Part shown: piece after piece, positions 39,288 through 50,560 of the stretch
How the letters are laid out: every line of letters begins with the position of its first letter
Position numbering within the stretch: the stretch's first letter is position 1
Assembly: GCA_900321425.1 (NCBI GenBank)
Contig: ONWA01000018.1
Location: 15,015-79,014 of the forward strand
Source: an uncultured Prevotellaceae bacterium
GTDB taxonomy: Bacteria; Bacteroidota; Bacteroidia; Bacteroidales; Bacteroidaceae
Reading direction: 5' to 3'
Length of the DNA: 64,000 nucleotides
Notes under the pieces: model-generated
Seen by the model: only the letters and a program-made list of their open reading frames with translations
Told to the model about the DNA's origin: nothing
The model's database searches: none
Translations under genes and position numbers: made by a program

Positions 39288-40196
39288 TTAGGATTTATAA
39301 AATTTGTATTTGAACATTCTCCATAATTTGTAGCTCACTTTTTTATATATATGTGCACGAGAGAAACCAAGACTAAGCATTACATTTACCCCCTGATGGA
39401 AACAGTAAAAATGTAAATATCTGACAAGTCTTGCCAGTTGATCATAGTGGGCGTTAGGAATCGTTTCTATATTATTTTGGCGCAGAAATTTTTCAGCTCG
39501 CGAGAAAACTGCAATGCGCGTCATTATATGTTCGACACTTGTCGTTACTGATACAGACCCTTGGCGTGTCGTTACGCAATATAGGGGACGAGAGTCTGCC
39601 CAGATGTGTTCAGAATAGTAGCCTGTAAGATAGCCGAAGGCAGTGTCGTTATGGATGATTGTCTCTTCAAAACGAATGTGATGTTTCTCAATGAATGAGC
39701 GCTTAACCATTCTTGACCATGGTTCACCGAAGAGATAACGTAGCTGAGATGCGTTGGGATCCTTACCGCATAGATAGTTATCAATATACCGGTTCAGATG
39801 GTCCGCTCTGTTAGAAAGAGCATATGTTTCTGTGTCTACAGAGCTTGCTTTAAAGAAAATCTGGTCATAATCTTTGTCAATGTAATCATCTAAAATGCTG
39901 TCAATACAATCGTTGAAGAAGTCATCGGCATCCGCAAAAATGATATAATGTCCTTCTGCTCGGTTTAAACCAATATTTCGTGCTTTCCCCCCCCCCCCAT
40001 TTACAGACATATAAATAAAAATGTAACTGGGATAGGAAGATTCTATGGACTTTAATTCTAATAGATCCTCTTCCTTACTTTTATCATCTACCACAATCAC
40101 TTGGACATCATCTCTGTGTGGGATGGAATCTAGACACCTTCTCAAAAGAGAGGGAATATTGTAATGTGGTATGATAATAGAATATGATGGCTGCAT
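39288..40196 (-). CDS. GT2 glycosyltransferase containing an in-frame G12 tract
   Basis: SIIIPHYN, VVDDKS, GGGGKARNIGL, FADADD. Confidence 0.9.
   Translation of the reverse strand: MQPSYSIIIPHYNIPSLLRRCLDSIPHRDDVQVIVVDDKSKEEDLLELKSIESSYPSYIFIYMSVNGGGGKARNIGLNRAEGHYIIFADADDFFNDCIDSILDDYIDKDYDQIFFKASSVDTETYALSNRADHLNRYIDNYLCGKDPNASQLRYLFGEPWSRMVKRSFIEKHHIRFEETIIHNDTAFGYLTGYYSEHIWADSRPLYCVTTRQGSVSVTTSVEHIMTRIAVFSRAEKFLRQNNIETIPNAHYDQLARLVRYLHFYCFHQGVNVMLSLGFSRAHIYKKVSYKLWRMFKYKFYKS
39987..39998 (-). repeat. Homopolymer G12 (C12 on the plus strand)
   Basis: AAT GGG GGG GGG GGG AAA in an AT-rich gene. Confidence 0.95.
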
Positions 40197-40205
40197 AAAA
40201 TATTC

Positions 40206-41360
40206 TTATTTCTGTTTGTCCCACCAGTTAATAACAGACTCTATAACGGGAGCCATATCGTAGTATTTGTATTCTGCCAAACGCCCTCCAAATATGACGT
40301 TATGTTCTGTAGTTCCTTTTTCTCTGTATTGTGAGGCTAAGATGTTATTACGATTATCATTTATTGGATAGTAAGGCTCTATTCCCTCTTGCCACTCTAT
40401 TGGATATTCTCGAGAAATTACGGTTTGGGGATTTTCATATACTTGTTGCCCAAACATTTCAAAATGTTTATGCTCTATAATACGTGTGAAGGGAGTGTCT
40501 GCGTCAGTGTAGTTAATAACCGCATTCCCCTGATAGTTGGGGCTGTTAACAATCTCGTGCTCAAATCGTAAAGATCGATAATTTAAGCGACCATAACAGT
40601 AGTCGAAGAATTCATCAATCTTCCCGGTATAGACTACTGTATCAGCCAGCGCCTCCCACTCATAGCGATTGCTGAAAAAATCAACATTGACACGGGTATC
40701 AATGCCCTCAAGCATGGAGTTAATTAAATGATTATAACCGCCAATAGGAATTCCTTGGTAAAGGTCGTTGAAATAGTTGTTGTCATAAACCAGACGTACA
40801 GGAAGTCGTTTGATAATGAAAGGAGGTAATTCCGTGCATTTTCGCCCCCACTGCTTCTCTGTATAGCCTTTAATGAGTGTTTCATAGATGTCACGTCCAA
40901 TAAGCATAAGTGCTTGTTCCTCAAGGTTGCGTGGTTCAGTAATATTTTCAGCGATAAGAGCTTTTTTAACTTGAGCCCTTTGCTCTTCTATTTTGTCTGC
41001 AGCTTCTTCTGGTGTTATTGTTCCCCATATTTGGTTGAACGTATTCATGTTGAAAGGCAAGTTGTACAGCTTTCCTTTGTAATTGGCAACAGGAGAGTTG
41101 GTGTATCGATTGAATGCAACAAATGAATTTACGAATTTCCAGACTTCTTGATTAGATGTGTGGAAAATGTGTGCTCCATATTTATGAACATTGATACCCT
41201 CAACATTCTCGCAGTAGATGTTTCCACCGATGTGTGGCCTTTTGTCAATAACCAAACAACGCTTACCATGTTGCTTGGCAAAATATGCAAATGTCGAGCC
41301 GTAGAGCCCAGCTCCGACAATAAGATAATCGTATTGTTTTTTGCTTTTACAAATATCCAT
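40206..41360 (-). CDS. glf: UDP-galactopyranose mutase
   Basis: IVGAGLYG, HIGGN, HKYGAHIFHT, YTEKQWG, YFNDLYQGIP, RIIEHKHF, GRLAEYKYYDM. Confidence 0.96.
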   Translation of the reverse strand: MDICKSKKQYDYLIVGAGLYGSTFAYFAKQHGKRCLVIDKRPHIGGNIYCENVEGINVHKYGAHIFHTSNQEVWKFVNSFVAFNRYTNSPVANYKGKLYNLPFNMNTFNQIWGTITPEEAADKIEEQRAQVKKALIAENITEPRNLEEQALMLIGRDIYETLIKGYTEKQWGRKCTELPPFIIKRLPVRLVYDNNYFNDLYQGIPIGGYNHLINSMLEGIDTRVNVDFFSNRYEWEALADTVVYTGKIDEFFDYCYGRLNYRSLRFEHEIVNSPNYQGNAVINYTDADTPFTRIIEHKHFEMFGQQVYENPQTVISREYPIEWQEGIEPYYPINDNRNNILASQYREKGTTEHNVIFGGRLAEYKYYDMAPVIESVINWWDKQK

Positions 41361-41373
41361 ATAATTCTGTTTT

Positions 41374-42471
41374 TTACAATTCACTCTTCAAGGCTTCGCC
41401 AAATGCGGTTCCGTATTCTAAATCGGGTTCTAAATAATTACCCTCTCCCCATTCGTTCCATGATTTTAGAAAAATAATCCGATCTTCTTCTGGTTTGTTC
41501 TTTATCCTTTCTATAGTTCTTCTGACATGCTCTTTAAAGAGCTCTGGAGTACAACCTTTGAACAAACGTCCAAACCGTCCACTTCTAGGGGTGTGGTCCC
41601 AATTGGGAACAATAGTGGGGATGATGTCTCTCTGTTCATACAAAGGGCTGTCCATAATTGAAATTGCCTTTTTGTAGTTTATAACTTTGGGCCCCAACGT
41701 AAAATGTTTTCTAAGTAATTCCATAAGTTTTGTAGAACTTTCGGGAAGTGAGAAAGGCTTGGCGTGAAGTGAAAAATTAACAGCGTCATAGCCCATGGAT
41801 TTGTACTTGTCTAATTTGTCTCCAGTATTGAAAACAATGTAATGTGCAATGAAGAAAAACTCGGGTAGGTTCTCTTTGCGTGCCAGTTCATTCCATGTTG
41901 TCTTGAACCTTGGAAAATCGGTGAAGTCGTCTGCGTCGAAAATCACAAACAAAAGCTTGCCATGAATCTTATAATATCTGTCATCCCTGAATGCTGACAG
42001 TAAGTCGTAGAAGTGTGCGGTGTAGTCTTCTATACCTTCATATTGCTGCTCCATTAAAAGAGTAGCAGTTTCAAGCATGATGTGACCAGTAGAATTGTTT
42101 GACCATTGTTTACTGTACCAACTGTGATTAGCCCATGCTAAGCAAAATGGGAAATCAGGCTGCTTGGTGCGTACAACTTCTTCAAACGGGAGATTCAACA
42201 GCTTTTTGTTTTTACCGAACCAATAATGCCAATAGCAGAAAGCTGATATGCCAAACTCTTTTGCCATTTCAGCTTGTGCAATACGTGACTCTGGCACTCG
42301 CAAATCATAAAAGCCCAAGTCTGCTGGTATGTGTGGTTGGTGGTGCCCTCTGAATAGGGGCTTCGCTTTCGCAACGTTTGTCCATTCTGTAAATCCCTTG
42401 CCCCACCATTGGTCATTCTCTGGTGTTGGATGAAACTGTGGCAGATAATATGCTAAGATTTTTGCTTTCAT
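41374..42471 (-). CDS. WbsX/GH99-like polysaccharide biosynthesis protein
   Basis: AYYLPQFH...ENDQWWGKGFTEWTNV, LGFYDLR, CLAWAN, NWDHTPR, SWNEWGEG. Confidence 0.9.
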   Translation of the reverse strand: MKAKILAYYLPQFHPTPENDQWWGKGFTEWTNVAKAKPLFRGHHQPHIPADLGFYDLRVPESRIAQAEMAKEFGISAFCYWHYWFGKNKKLLNLPFEEVVRTKQPDFPFCLAWANHSWYSKQWSNNSTGHIMLETATLLMEQQYEGIEDYTAHFYDLLSAFRDDRYYKIHGKLLFVIFDADDFTDFPRFKTTWNELARKENLPEFFFIAHYIVFNTGDKLDKYKSMGYDAVNFSLHAKPFSLPESSTKLMELLRKHFTLGPKVINYKKAISIMDSPLYEQRDIIPTIVPNWDHTPRSGRFGRLFKGCTPELFKEHVRRTIERIKNKPEEDRIIFLKSWNEWGEGNYLEPDLEYGTAFGEALKSEL

Positions 42472-42534
42472 TGTGTTTAGAGTTGTACTTTATTTCTAAA
42501 AAGTATATTAAACTTATATGATAAAAAAATGTTA

Positions 42535-43572
42535 TTATAATATCTTACTTGATATTTTTAAGATTTTGCTTTCAATCCATTTCCAAAGATATAACCTTAG
42601 CTGGTCAATAACAATAGCAAGCAGAGCTGTAACAAGTGATATGGTAATCAGGATTATCCCAAACTCCCATTTATCGTTAGCGTATTTCGTGTAAAGGTCT
42701 TTCGTTATGTCGGAGGTATTTTGTAGAATCATGGTTGAGCAGCCAAACAGATAAATAGAAAGAGAACTTTGGGCAATTTTATTGATGCATTTGTTCTGTA
42801 TTTTGACAGATTTGAAGAAAAGGAACAAAGCGATAGAGGCCATAATAATAATCGGATTGTTGTAATATGTCAACTTCCAGGCTGCTTCATTTGCACCCCT
42901 GTTGAAAAAATATATGCACATCATGGCGGTAATTAACGATAAGACTACATATACAAGTCCCCATGATTTATTCATTTTTGTTATAGTATATTTCCTTAGA
43001 TATCCTCCGATTGAATATAATAGTATGAAATTTACGAAATTATAGCCGTTTTGATTTACTGATCGTCCGAAAATAAAGCCTAAATAGCATGCTACAAATA
43101 TCTGTCCGATAATAAACAGCAGACATGCTCTTTGAGAATAATTCTGAATTCCGTAGTTCAGTAGTGGGCTGAACAACATCAAAATGAAGTATTCTCTCAT
43201 AAACCAGTAGTTGGACTGTTGGGAGAAGAAATCCAATTTTATTATTCCGTCAATGATGTTATTATGGAATACAAGCGGTATAGTCGTGAACAAAACAGTG
43301 TAGAAATAAATGGCAAACAAGAGATTTAGTATTTTCCCAGGTCTTGCTTTAATTGTAAAATAACCGGACATAAGTACAAATACGTTAACAGCAATAATGC
43401 AGAAACTGTTTATAAGTAGCATTAGAGGAACGTCGTCACTTATCAGAGTCATTTCGCAAGCGTATTGTGGACTAAGTCCTTCTAAACCTAGCCCAATAAC
43501 GATGCAATGGTGGACAACAATCATTAACATCAGTATAAGTCTGAGAAGTTCAAAATTGGACTTTCTGTTCAT
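42535..43572 (-). CDS. Membrane acyltransferase (Acyl_transf_3 family)
   Basis: RKSNFELLR...VVHH, AVNVFVLMSGYF, YWF; multi-pass hydrophobic. Confidence 0.85.
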   Translation of the reverse strand: MNRKSNFELLRLILMLMIVVHHCIVIGLGLEGLSPQYACEMTLISDDVPLMLLINSFCIIAVNVFVLMSGYFTIKARPGKILNLLFAIYFYTVLFTTIPLVFHNNIIDGIIKLDFFSQQSNYWFMREYFILMLFSPLLNYGIQNYSQRACLLFIIGQIFVACYLGFIFGRSVNQNGYNFVNFILLYSIGGYLRKYTITKMNKSWGLVYVVLSLITAMMCIYFFNRGANEAAWKLTYYNNPIIIMASIALFLFFKSVKIQNKCINKIAQSSLSIYLFGCSTMILQNTSDITKDLYTKYANDKWEFGIILITISLVTALLAIVIDQLRLYLWKWIESKILKISSKIL

Positions 43573-43583
43573 AATATCTATTA

Positions 43584-44171
43584 CTAGTTGCATATGTTGT
43601 TGCGTTTTATGATTTTAGCAGGGTTGCCAGCAACTACAGCGTATGCCGGTACGTCTTTTGTTACCACGCTGTTGGCTCCGATGACTGCACCTTTGCCTAT
43701 TGTGACACCACTGAGAATCGTAGTTTTCTCGCCAATCCAGACATTGTCACCTATAATAATAGGCCCTTTGCTGCTTATGGCTCGCTTTATTGGCGGTGTA
43801 TCTAACACTTCTATTTCTGTGGAGCCGTGATTGTTGTCTGAGATAGTAACCCATTTCCCTGTAAGGCAGTTGTTGCCAATTTCAATATAATTGGTTCCTG
43901 TGATATTGTTGAATGCTCCAAAATTGCAGTTTTTGCCGATTGATATTACAATATCTTTTTTGCTCTCTCCCCATACTGTTAAATAAATATAGTCGTGGAA
44001 CCTGCAATGATCGCCTATACTGATACGATCGGTCGCTCTCAGCAAGCCAATTTTTTCAAAATATACTGACCTTGGACAATTACGGAATAATGTTGAAAGC
44101 CAGTGTGACCTCAAGACATTAATCCTGTGTGATATTTTAGCACTAAGGTTATGTATTCGAATGTTTATCAT
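43584..44171 (-). CDS. Hexapeptide-repeat O-acetyltransferase
   Basis: IGDNVWIGE...[21 protein letters not shown]...VAGNPAK. Confidence 0.92.
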   Translation of the reverse strand: MINIRIHNLSAKISHRINVLRSHWLSTLFRNCPRSVYFEKIGLLRATDRISIGDHCRFHDYIYLTVWGESKKDIVISIGKNCNFGAFNNITGTNYIEIGNNCLTGKWVTISDNNHGSTEIEVLDTPPIKRAISSKGPIIIGDNVWIGEKTTILSGVTIGKGAVIGANSVVTKDVPAYAVVAGNPAKIIKRNNICN

Positions 44172-45720
44172 AATAGCTTAATGATTTTATATGTAGAGTT
44201 TTCTTTCTTAAAATATTTACGATAGTCTTTTTCTCGTCTTTTGTTAAAAGAATACAGTAGCTTGAAGCTATAATGGAAATAGTAGTACTGGCAAAGGTGC
44301 AGAGAAGTGGTAGAATACCCGTTCCTGTTAGAGTTTTTATATAAAAAGATATGGCAAAGGAGAGAGTTGTCACAACAAAAAAGGGAATACCTAAATACTT
44401 CAGATTATCTCGTAGTGTGAGATAAGGCGCTTCTTTGTTTAAAAGTATAATCCTTATAAAATGTGCGATAAGGAAGACCATGTTGAATATGTATAAAACG
44501 AATACAGGAGTGCAACCAGCCTTTATACAGACAAAGGCAACAGGTAAGCTTACAAGTGTAAAGCCGTCTACGATGACATGGTAGTTCTTTACGGCGCCGG
44601 CAGCCTGCATTATTGCAGTGATAGGGCTGCTAATAGATAGAATCATGATGAAAATCAGCATCTGCTTGACGAATGGGACCATGTATGGCTCTACACTGCC
44701 CAGCCATATTTTTAGGATTTCTTCTGACTCGATATAGAAGGGGAGAGTTACTACTAATAATAGTAGAAAAATCATTTTTGAACTTGTGAAAAAGAGGCTT
44801 CTTGTGTATTCTTTGTCGTCAACGGCATAACTCTTGATTAGTGCTGGTCTGGCGGCAATAAAAAAATTGCTTGCCAGCATGTTCACCTGATTGCTGACTA
44901 GGGTTGCAATGGCAAAAGCAGCATTGGCAACTGGGCCCCAAAAGATATTGTACAAAATAGCAACACCCTGATTTGAACAAACACCGGAAAGAGTACCGAA
45001 CATAGTCCATGAAGAATAGGTGAGAATCCTTTTTATTCGTTTCCATTCCCAATGTAGTCTTGTTTGTATTGGTGAATAGTGTAATTTGCAATATAAATAG
45101 TATACGGCATTTGAGACTAGAGTCGTAAACAACATAAGAATAGAGTATACAACGAGTCTGTCTATCTTGAAATTTAGAAGAAGAATAGTTAATACAACAA
45201 GTTTAAGGATAATGTCAAGGATACTGATATATGCGAATACTTTCATTTCTTCATAAGAAATGATTAGAGCTTGATAGGGACTTGATAATATGGTAATGAT
45301 AAATGCGATAACTGACAGTTGGTAAGTAATGTTTGCAGCAGTCATCCTTTCAGCAGGAATTACCATCTGTGAGTTTAAAAACCATAACCCGACTGTTTCT
45401 GCAACAATAATGACAATTATCGAAAGGACACTATAAACAGTAACAATGGCTGTGAGATTGTCTCTCAATTCTGTAATGTTATTCTTTCCTATTGATAATG
45501 AGAAAAATCGTTGAGATGCAAGTGCCAAGACTTTAGAGATAAATGTCATTGAAAGGATGATTCCGCCAACTGCATTATATATACCATAGTCAGTCACCCC
45601 TAATACTTTGAAGATAACCCTTACTGTGAATAATGCCACAATAGTTGTTAACACCATCCTAGTATATAAAAAGATGGTGTTAGCAAATATTCTTTTATTG
45701 TTATGGACAGTAGAACTCAT
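44149..45720 (-). CDS. wzx: Wzx-type flippase (MOP/MATE-like)
   Basis: [23 protein letters not shown], 12-14 TM segments; position within the capsule cluster. Confidence 0.8.
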   Translation of the reverse strand: MSSTVHNNKRIFANTIFLYTRMVLTTIVALFTVRVIFKVLGVTDYGIYNAVGGIILSMTFISKVLALASQRFFSLSIGKNNITELRDNLTAIVTVYSVLSIIVIIVAETVGLWFLNSQMVIPAERMTAANITYQLSVIAFIITILSSPYQALIISYEEMKVFAYISILDIILKLVVLTILLLNFKIDRLVVYSILMLFTTLVSNAVYYLYCKLHYSPIQTRLHWEWKRIKRILTYSSWTMFGTLSGVCSNQGVAILYNIFWGPVANAAFAIATLVSNQVNMLASNFFIAARPALIKSYAVDDKEYTRSLFFTSSKMIFLLLLVVTLPFYIESEEILKIWLGSVEPYMVPFVKQMLIFIMILSISSPITAIMQAAGAVKNYHVIVDGFTLVSLPVAFVCIKAGCTPVFVLYIFNMVFLIAHFIRIILLNKEAPYLTLRDNLKYLGIPFFVVTTLSFAISFYIKTLTGTGILPLLCTFASTTISIIASSYCILLTKDEKKTIVNILRKKTLHIKSLSYYDKHSNT

Positions 45721-45740
45721 CTTTTTTGTATTTAGAAAAT

Positions 45741-46961
45741 CTAGACAGAACCTTTTTGATTCACCGATATTCTATAATTATAAATCTCATTAATACAAAC
45801 CCCGATTAGCAAATAGAAATATGGTTCAAGTATAAAAGTATTGCTTAGTAATAGTTTTATGATACTGATAGAAAAAAGGTACAAAATAAAAACTTGCTTT
45901 TTTGTTCCTTTAGCCCACCAATATGCAATGCCGATAAGAGAAAAAAGAAGCAACATTAATATACTCCCCATAAAATATCCATAATAGCAAAAGAAGTCAA
46001 GAGGTAAAAAGTGCGAATAAATAATGCCATATTGCATGGAACCAAAGTAACCAATTCCCCAGAAATGCTCTCCTGAGCCTAAAACTTCATAAAGTTTCTC
46101 ACGCAAAACACTGCGGTAAGAATCATTTCCCAAGTCTCCTGCAACAATTTTTTCAAGAATGCGAGTGCTAAGTTGTAATCCAGTGAATGTCTTAACTAGA
46201 AAATATATTACATTGGTAAGATTGGCAAGAATCATCAACGATAATGAAATAATCCCCAATTTAACGTATATGGCTCCTTTGAAGTTCATGAAAAAGAAAA
46301 AGTAGATGATACCTAAAAAGCCAAGACATACAAACGGCCCACGTGTGCCGCACGACAAGAGGAACATTATCCCCAATATTGTAATGATGGCTTTCCATAT
46401 CCTGATTTTTTCTAAAGTAGCCCATAGCAAAAATGCTACATGTGGGAGTAGCCTATAGGCAGCATACATATTGTCGTCTCCAGCAATCTCTTCCATGTTC
46501 TTGTTGCCTTGGGCATAAACAAAATAATAGAAAACAGTCATTGAGATACATACAGAGGATAGGAAAAGAAAGATGTCATACCATTTGTTGATATCAATGA
46601 TTCGCCCAAGAAAATAGAATGGGAATACGCAACAGATGCATGTAAAAGCATTGTCTGTCAGGTATTCTGCGTTATCGGGAAAGAATACATAGGATGCCAG
46701 ATAATAAAAAACAGAAATAAAAAAGAATATATAGTCTGCTAAGCAGAATTTGTTGATGAGTGCAGGGAGTGATAAAAGTAAGGGAATAATAACAAATATG
46801 AATGAAGCTTCGTCACTATAATCTTGCAAGATGGGGAAACGGTTGAAGATTCCTTTTACATATTGCAAAAGAATAGCAGCCCAAACGATGCATATAAGCA
46901 AGTTGAGCATAATTTCCTTATTAAAGGAAAGGTAGATACCCTCTTTGAGTGCTATTCTCAT
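45741..46961 (-). CDS. wzy: Probable Wzy polysaccharide polymerase
   Basis: Very hydrophobic, low GC; GTRGP, SYR..., SH motifs of the O-antigen ligase/polymerase type. Confidence 0.65.
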   Translation of the reverse strand: MRIALKEGIYLSFNKEIMLNLLICIVWAAILLQYVKGIFNRFPILQDYSDEASFIFVIIPLLLSLPALINKFCLADYIFFFISVFYYLASYVFFPDNAEYLTDNAFTCICCVFPFYFLGRIIDINKWYDIFLFLSSVCISMTVFYYFVYAQGNKNMEEIAGDDNMYAAYRLLPHVAFLLWATLEKIRIWKAIITILGIMFLLSCGTRGPFVCLGFLGIIYFFFFMNFKGAIYVKLGIISLSLMILANLTNVIYFLVKTFTGLQLSTRILEKIVAGDLGNDSYRSVLREKLYEVLGSGEHFWGIGYFGSMQYGIIYSHFLPLDFFCYYGYFMGSILMLLLFSLIGIAYWWAKGTKKQVFILYLFSISIIKLLLSNTFILEPYFYLLIGVCINEIYNYRISVNQKGSV

Positions 46962-46971
46962 GAACTTGTGA

Positions 46972-48036
46972 TTATAGATTTTTGATTGCAATAATTTTCA
47001 GGATGTCATCCCATAAGACATATGTCGCAATTGACATTGTTGCCAGAATAAGCATGAAGAGTACAAACAACATTCGCTTGGGGCCTGCTGGCTTGATGGG
47101 GACAGCAGCCCCTTTGAGTATAGTAAAAGCTGGGGTGCGTTCTTGTACTTTCGCTTTTGCTGCCTCCAATTGATTATTGATGGTTGAGTAGGCGTTAAAT
47201 TTAAGCTGCATGTCGTTCTCTATGTCTTCCAACTTCATCGCAACACTCCGTAATGAGATCTCTGTGTTTGCATCGGCCAGAGAGGCATATTGTCGACGAA
47301 TTTTTTCGTAATCAGTCTTGGACTTATATGCCAATTCTTTATAGTACTCATAGTCTATACGTGCTTTGTTTGTTCGGTATTCTGTTATAAAGGTCTGGAG
47401 ATGGCTCATGACAGAGTCTGCTAGTGTCTTGCATATTAATGGGTCTTGTGCCTTTGTCCTAATGCTGACAGTGCCGGTTTTCTCATTAAAGTTAAACATG
47501 ATAGCCCCTCTTATGGCTTCTGCAATATCATTTTCATCTTCTGATAGATAATATGGGTTAAATTTACTATCTCCCTTCTTTGCTTCTTTCTTTGTCTTGA
47601 AAAGACGTGTTACCCATGACATTGGATAACTCCAAATACTAGATTTTTGATATTTCATTAAATATTCATGATAAGTAGTATTGATTTCTCCATCTTGGCT
47701 TACAACTTGGATGTTAAATAAGCCTGTGACAAAACCATTATCCTCCATCAGATCAGGATATAAGGTAGGATATATAGCATCTGTGGTCTCCATATTATCA
47801 AGATCAAAGCCGAAAGCTGAAGCAATGGAGCCGATACTTCCTGTAGCAGAACCACTCATCTCTGGTGCTAATTTTGCATCAGAGGTATAATAACGGGGGA
47901 TTCCTAAAATATAGATACACGACAGTATAAAGACTATCGGAAGCACCTTGTAAAACAACTTGCGGTTATCCCATATTTTCTTAAAGACGAGACGGAGGTC
48001 GATGACTTCCGGGCTATTTATCTTCTTCTCTTCCAT
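46972..48036 (-). CDS. wzz: Chain-length determinant (Wzz-like)
   Basis: EVIDLR, two TM segments, coiled coil, Pro-rich VPIKPAGPKR before the last TM. Confidence 0.85.
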   Translation of the reverse strand: MEEKKINSPEVIDLRLVFKKIWDNRKLFYKVLPIVFILSCIYILGIPRYYTSDAKLAPEMSGSATGSIGSIASAFGFDLDNMETTDAIYPTLYPDLMEDNGFVTGLFNIQVVSQDGEINTTYHEYLMKYQKSSIWSYPMSWVTRLFKTKKEAKKGDSKFNPYYLSEDENDIAEAIRGAIMFNFNEKTGTVSIRTKAQDPLICKTLADSVMSHLQTFITEYRTNKARIDYEYYKELAYKSKTDYEKIRRQYASLADANTEISLRSVAMKLEDIENDMQLKFNAYSTINNQLEAAKAKVQERTPAFTILKGAAVPIKPAGPKRMLFVLFMLILATMSIATYVLWDDILKIIAIKNL

Positions 48037-48043
48037 ATTGTCT

Positions 48044-50560
48044 TTATTTCTTGATGATATTTGCAAAGGTTGCGATCACAGTGGCGAAGGATGCTACGGA
48101 AGTGCCGATAGCAAGCCATTCGGCTAAGGCACCACTACGTTTGGGCTTGGTGGGCACGACTATCTCACAACCAGGACGTACCTTGGTCTTATAGCCGACA
48201 CGTGCTACCTTTCCATTCATATATATAATAAAGGTATGGCTCTTCTTGGCACGGTTGCCCCATCCGCCGGCTTCGTTGATATAGTACTTGACATCCTTGT
48301 TTTTGTCAAAGGCAACGGTGTTGGGGAACATCACGTCACCAGAGATCTTGACGGTTCCATTGTACTCGGGTACGATGATGCGGTCGCCTTCGCGGAGTAC
48401 CAAGTCATCGTCGCTTCCTGGTTTTTCCATAGCCTTGTCAAGCTCAATACCTACATAGTAAGTGTCGCCAAAATCTAATTTTTTAATGTTGAGTGAGTCT
48501 TTTTCGCCGCTTTGTGCTTGTGCCATTTTCAAGACGGTCTGCATGCGAAGACGCTCATCAGGGGTGATACGGCGCTCCAGTCGGGCTCCCTTGATATAGG
48601 CGAGGTCGGTGACACCGCCTGCTTTCTTGATGGCGTCGCTGAGTCGTTCGTTCTTTTGAGAGAGGGTATAGGTGCCGGCAAACATGACCTGCCCCTCTAC
48701 CTTGATGTTCTGCTGGGTGTAGTAGCCAGGACTCTTGCGGACATAAACCTCGTCGAAAGGCATCAGCGTGAATCCTGATGTGCCGTCGATGATGAACCCG
48801 TCTTTCAAGGAGAAACTATAGGTGCGGGCAATCACACTGTCGGTCCTAACAGCGGCAGGATTGCTGATGCGGCGGGCCACGTCGACTTTTACGGTTGAGG
48901 CTGTTTCTTTCAGACCTCCGGCCTGAAGAACGAAGTCTTCCAAGGTCTCATTGTCTGCATATTTGTAAACACCAGGGTAGTTTACCTCGCCGTGGATGGT
49001 GATGGTACGTTCTACCTGCATCTCAGCTTTCGTGGGGATGAACAGTACGTCGTTCTCCTTCAACGGAATGTCGGCGACAGTACCGTTGAGAATGCCTTCT
49101 ACGTCAACGGGGATGACCTCGAGGGTGCGGTCGGGCTTCATGCGGTGCATGACGGCATGAACGGTGAAGGCGTCTTCCTTCACACCCTCAGCACGCTGTA
49201 GTAATGTGCCGACGCTATTGATGTTCTGGTCGAGCTGATACATACCAGGACGGAAGACGGCTCCTTTGACCTCTACGGTATTGGTATAGCGGGGGAGGAT
49301 AGAGTCGACGCTGACGGAGTCGCCGTCGGCAATGCGGAAGTTGCTCATGTCAAACTCCTCCACGTTGTAGACGGAATATTCGCGTCCCGTCTTACGGAAC
49401 ACGCGAACGGCCTTGGTGTAGGCATCGCCAGTGAAACTTCCTGAGTATTTAAGCAACGAGGCGATACTCTCGTTTTTCTTCATCTCATAGTACATCGGCC
49501 GCTTAATCTTACCAGTGATATTAACCAGGCAGTCGTAGGGACCTACAATGATGACGTCATTATCAGCCAGACGAACGTTGCCTGTCAACTTGCCATTGAG
49601 CATATAGTCGTAGATGTCGACGGTAGTCACTAACTTGTTATTGCGGAATACCTTGATATTACGCAGCGTTCCTAAGTCGTTGGTTCCTCCGGCCATATAC
49701 AAGGCGTGGAAGACGGAGGCGAATGCGGAGAGGGTATAAGTGCCAGGCGCTTTCACCTCACCCATCACGTTGATCATGATGGTTTTCGTCTGACCAACGG
49801 TCAGCTTGATCTTCGAACTGCTGTAGCGGGCGCCAAGCGTAGAGCGCAGACGAGCGTTGGCCTGGGCAACGGTCAGTCCACTGAGTTGAACAGGCCCATA
49901 GCCCTCGATCGTCACCTCGCCATCAGGTGAAACAGTCTCCGTGAAGGTCTGCTGTGATGCTCCGTAGATGTCGATGATGACAGCGTCGCCAGGACCTAAA
50001 CGGTAGTTCTGGGGGGTGGCGATGTTCATATTGGGCTCGAACGTCAGGTCCTTTTTGTTGAAGATGTCTCGTCCGAAGACCTTTTTCTTGCTTTTATTGC
50101 GCTCCTCCATCAGTTGTTTGACGGGTTCTGCGGTGTCTGTGGAAAGAATGCTTCCTAACTCCTGCTGCATCATGAGGTAGTCGTCGTCATTTTCGTCATA
50201 AGTGTGACGAAAACCGGACACATTCTCGATCTTTGAGGACGCATCAGAATAGATTACGCTATTTTTCTTCTCTTCGCCATTGTTCTCCCGCATTCGTTTG
50301 CTGGCATCGTCGACAGCCTTGTCTGCAGCCATCCCTAAACCGCTCTTCTGAATCTGACGGTTATATTTCTCTCTGATTCTGCGAATTTGCTGAATGTTAA
50401 CACCATTCTGCATGAGTTTGGTTACAATCTGACTCTGCGAGGTGCCCGCTTCGCGCTCTTTCATGACGAAACGCATGACTTGCTCGTCTGTCATTGACTG
50501 AGCTTGGATAGCCGTATAACTGAATGCCGCAAAGCATACGAACAGAAGAAATCTTCTCAT
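48044..50560 (-). CDS. SLBB-repeat polysaccharide export protein (KpsD/Wza-like)
   Basis: YRLGPGD; repeated V.GEV..PG.Y and AGG SLBB units; promoter (minus-strand TATCTTTG) at about 50633-50640. Confidence 0.9.
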   Translation of the reverse strand: MRRFLLFVCFAAFSYTAIQAQSMTDEQVMRFVMKEREAGTSQSQIVTKLMQNGVNIQQIRRIREKYNRQIQKSGLGMAADKAVDDASKRMRENNGEEKKNSVIYSDASSKIENVSGFRHTYDENDDDYLMMQQELGSILSTDTAEPVKQLMEERNKSKKKVFGRDIFNKKDLTFEPNMNIATPQNYRLGPGDAVIIDIYGASQQTFTETVSPDGEVTIEGYGPVQLSGLTVAQANARLRSTLGARYSSSKIKLTVGQTKTIMINVMGEVKAPGTYTLSAFASVFHALYMAGGTNDLGTLRNIKVFRNNKLVTTVDIYDYMLNGKLTGNVRLADNDVIIVGPYDCLVNITGKIKRPMYYEMKKNESIASLLKYSGSFTGDAYTKAVRVFRKTGREYSVYNVEEFDMSNFRIADGDSVSVDSILPRYTNTVEVKGAVFRPGMYQLDQNINSVGTLLQRAEGVKEDAFTVHAVMHRMKPDRTLEVIPVDVEGILNGTVADIPLKENDVLFIPTKAEMQVERTITIHGEVNYPGVYKYADNETLEDFVLQAGGLKETASTVKVDVARRISNPAAVRTDSVIARTYSFSLKDGFIIDGTSGFTLMPFDEVYVRKSPGYYTQQNIKVEGQVMFAGTYTLSQKNERLSDAIKKAGGVTDLAYIKGARLERRITPDERLRMQTVLKMAQAQSGEKDSLNIKKLDFGDTYYVGIELDKAMEKPGSDDDLVLREGDRIIVPEYNGTVKISGDVMFPNTVAFDKNKDVKYYINEAGGWGNRAKKSHTFIIYMNGKVARVGYKTKVRPGCEIVVPTKPKRSGALAEWLAIGTSVASFATVIATFANIIKK

